Assembly (NCBI RefSeq): GCF_001194135.2
Contig: NC_068982.1
Coordinates: 77,599,262-77,632,292, forward strand
Direction of reading: 5' to 3'
DNA: 33,031 bases
Source: Octopus bimaculoides
Lineage: Eukaryota
This document shows positions 32,701 to 33,031 of this stretch, piece after piece; positions within the stretch are counted from its first letter, which is position 1, and each line of letters starts with the position of its first letter. The notes under the pieces were generated by a model. That model was not told the DNA's origin. It did no database searches and saw only the letters and a program-made list of their open reading frames with translations. Made by a program: the position numbers and the translations under genes.

Positions 32701-33031
32701 TTGGCCATTTTCCTTTTTAATTTAAAACCATGGGAGGAGGAGACTTTTTTTGGTAATAAAAAAAAATGAATTGTAAATATTTTCAGAGGAAACGGTGCAC
32801 AATTCAAGGGAACTTTTGCTGTTGTTACTAGCACAACCCAAACCACCCTTCCTTTTCACTCTCATATGTATTGATGTTTTTTCAATATTTTTCTCCCATT
32901 CAACACATTTTATGGAATGATGATGCTGAAGTAACGCACATGTAGTCCAATGGCAGAAGAAAAATGACAAAATAAATTGTAATCTAAATTTTTACTTCCA
33001 CCTGAATCAAGTGAAGCTGTGTGTGTAAGAA

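Overview
AT-rich, gap-containing eukaryotic sequence. The SINE repertoire looks like Octopus or another coleoid cephalopod; this is inferred from remembered repeat families, not from a search. Two minus-strand coding exons of a diacylglycerol lipase alpha (DAGLA/inaE-type) gene lie at 30982-31083 and 7701-7872, separated by a ~23.1 kb intron. The rest is intronic and full of mobile DNA: many tRNA-derived SINE pieces, an R4/Dong-type and a CR1-like LINE remnant, a mariner, a Chapaev3-like transposase pseudogene, a 91-bp mini-Helitron, piggyBac- and Tigger-like MITEs, and two foldback palindromes. The most interesting signal is a set of minimal type-I hammerhead ribozyme motifs of the Penelope-like (PLE) type in at least four unrelated short repeat families. 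One has a fully intact core (+, 25587-25690) and sits in a 746-bp inverted repeat. Another is fused behind a tRNA-derived Pol III head (8990-9247), also as an inverted, 3'-outward pair. Most ORF-track entries are microsatellite or N-gap artefacts. Coordinates were read by hand; repeat boundaries are approximate.
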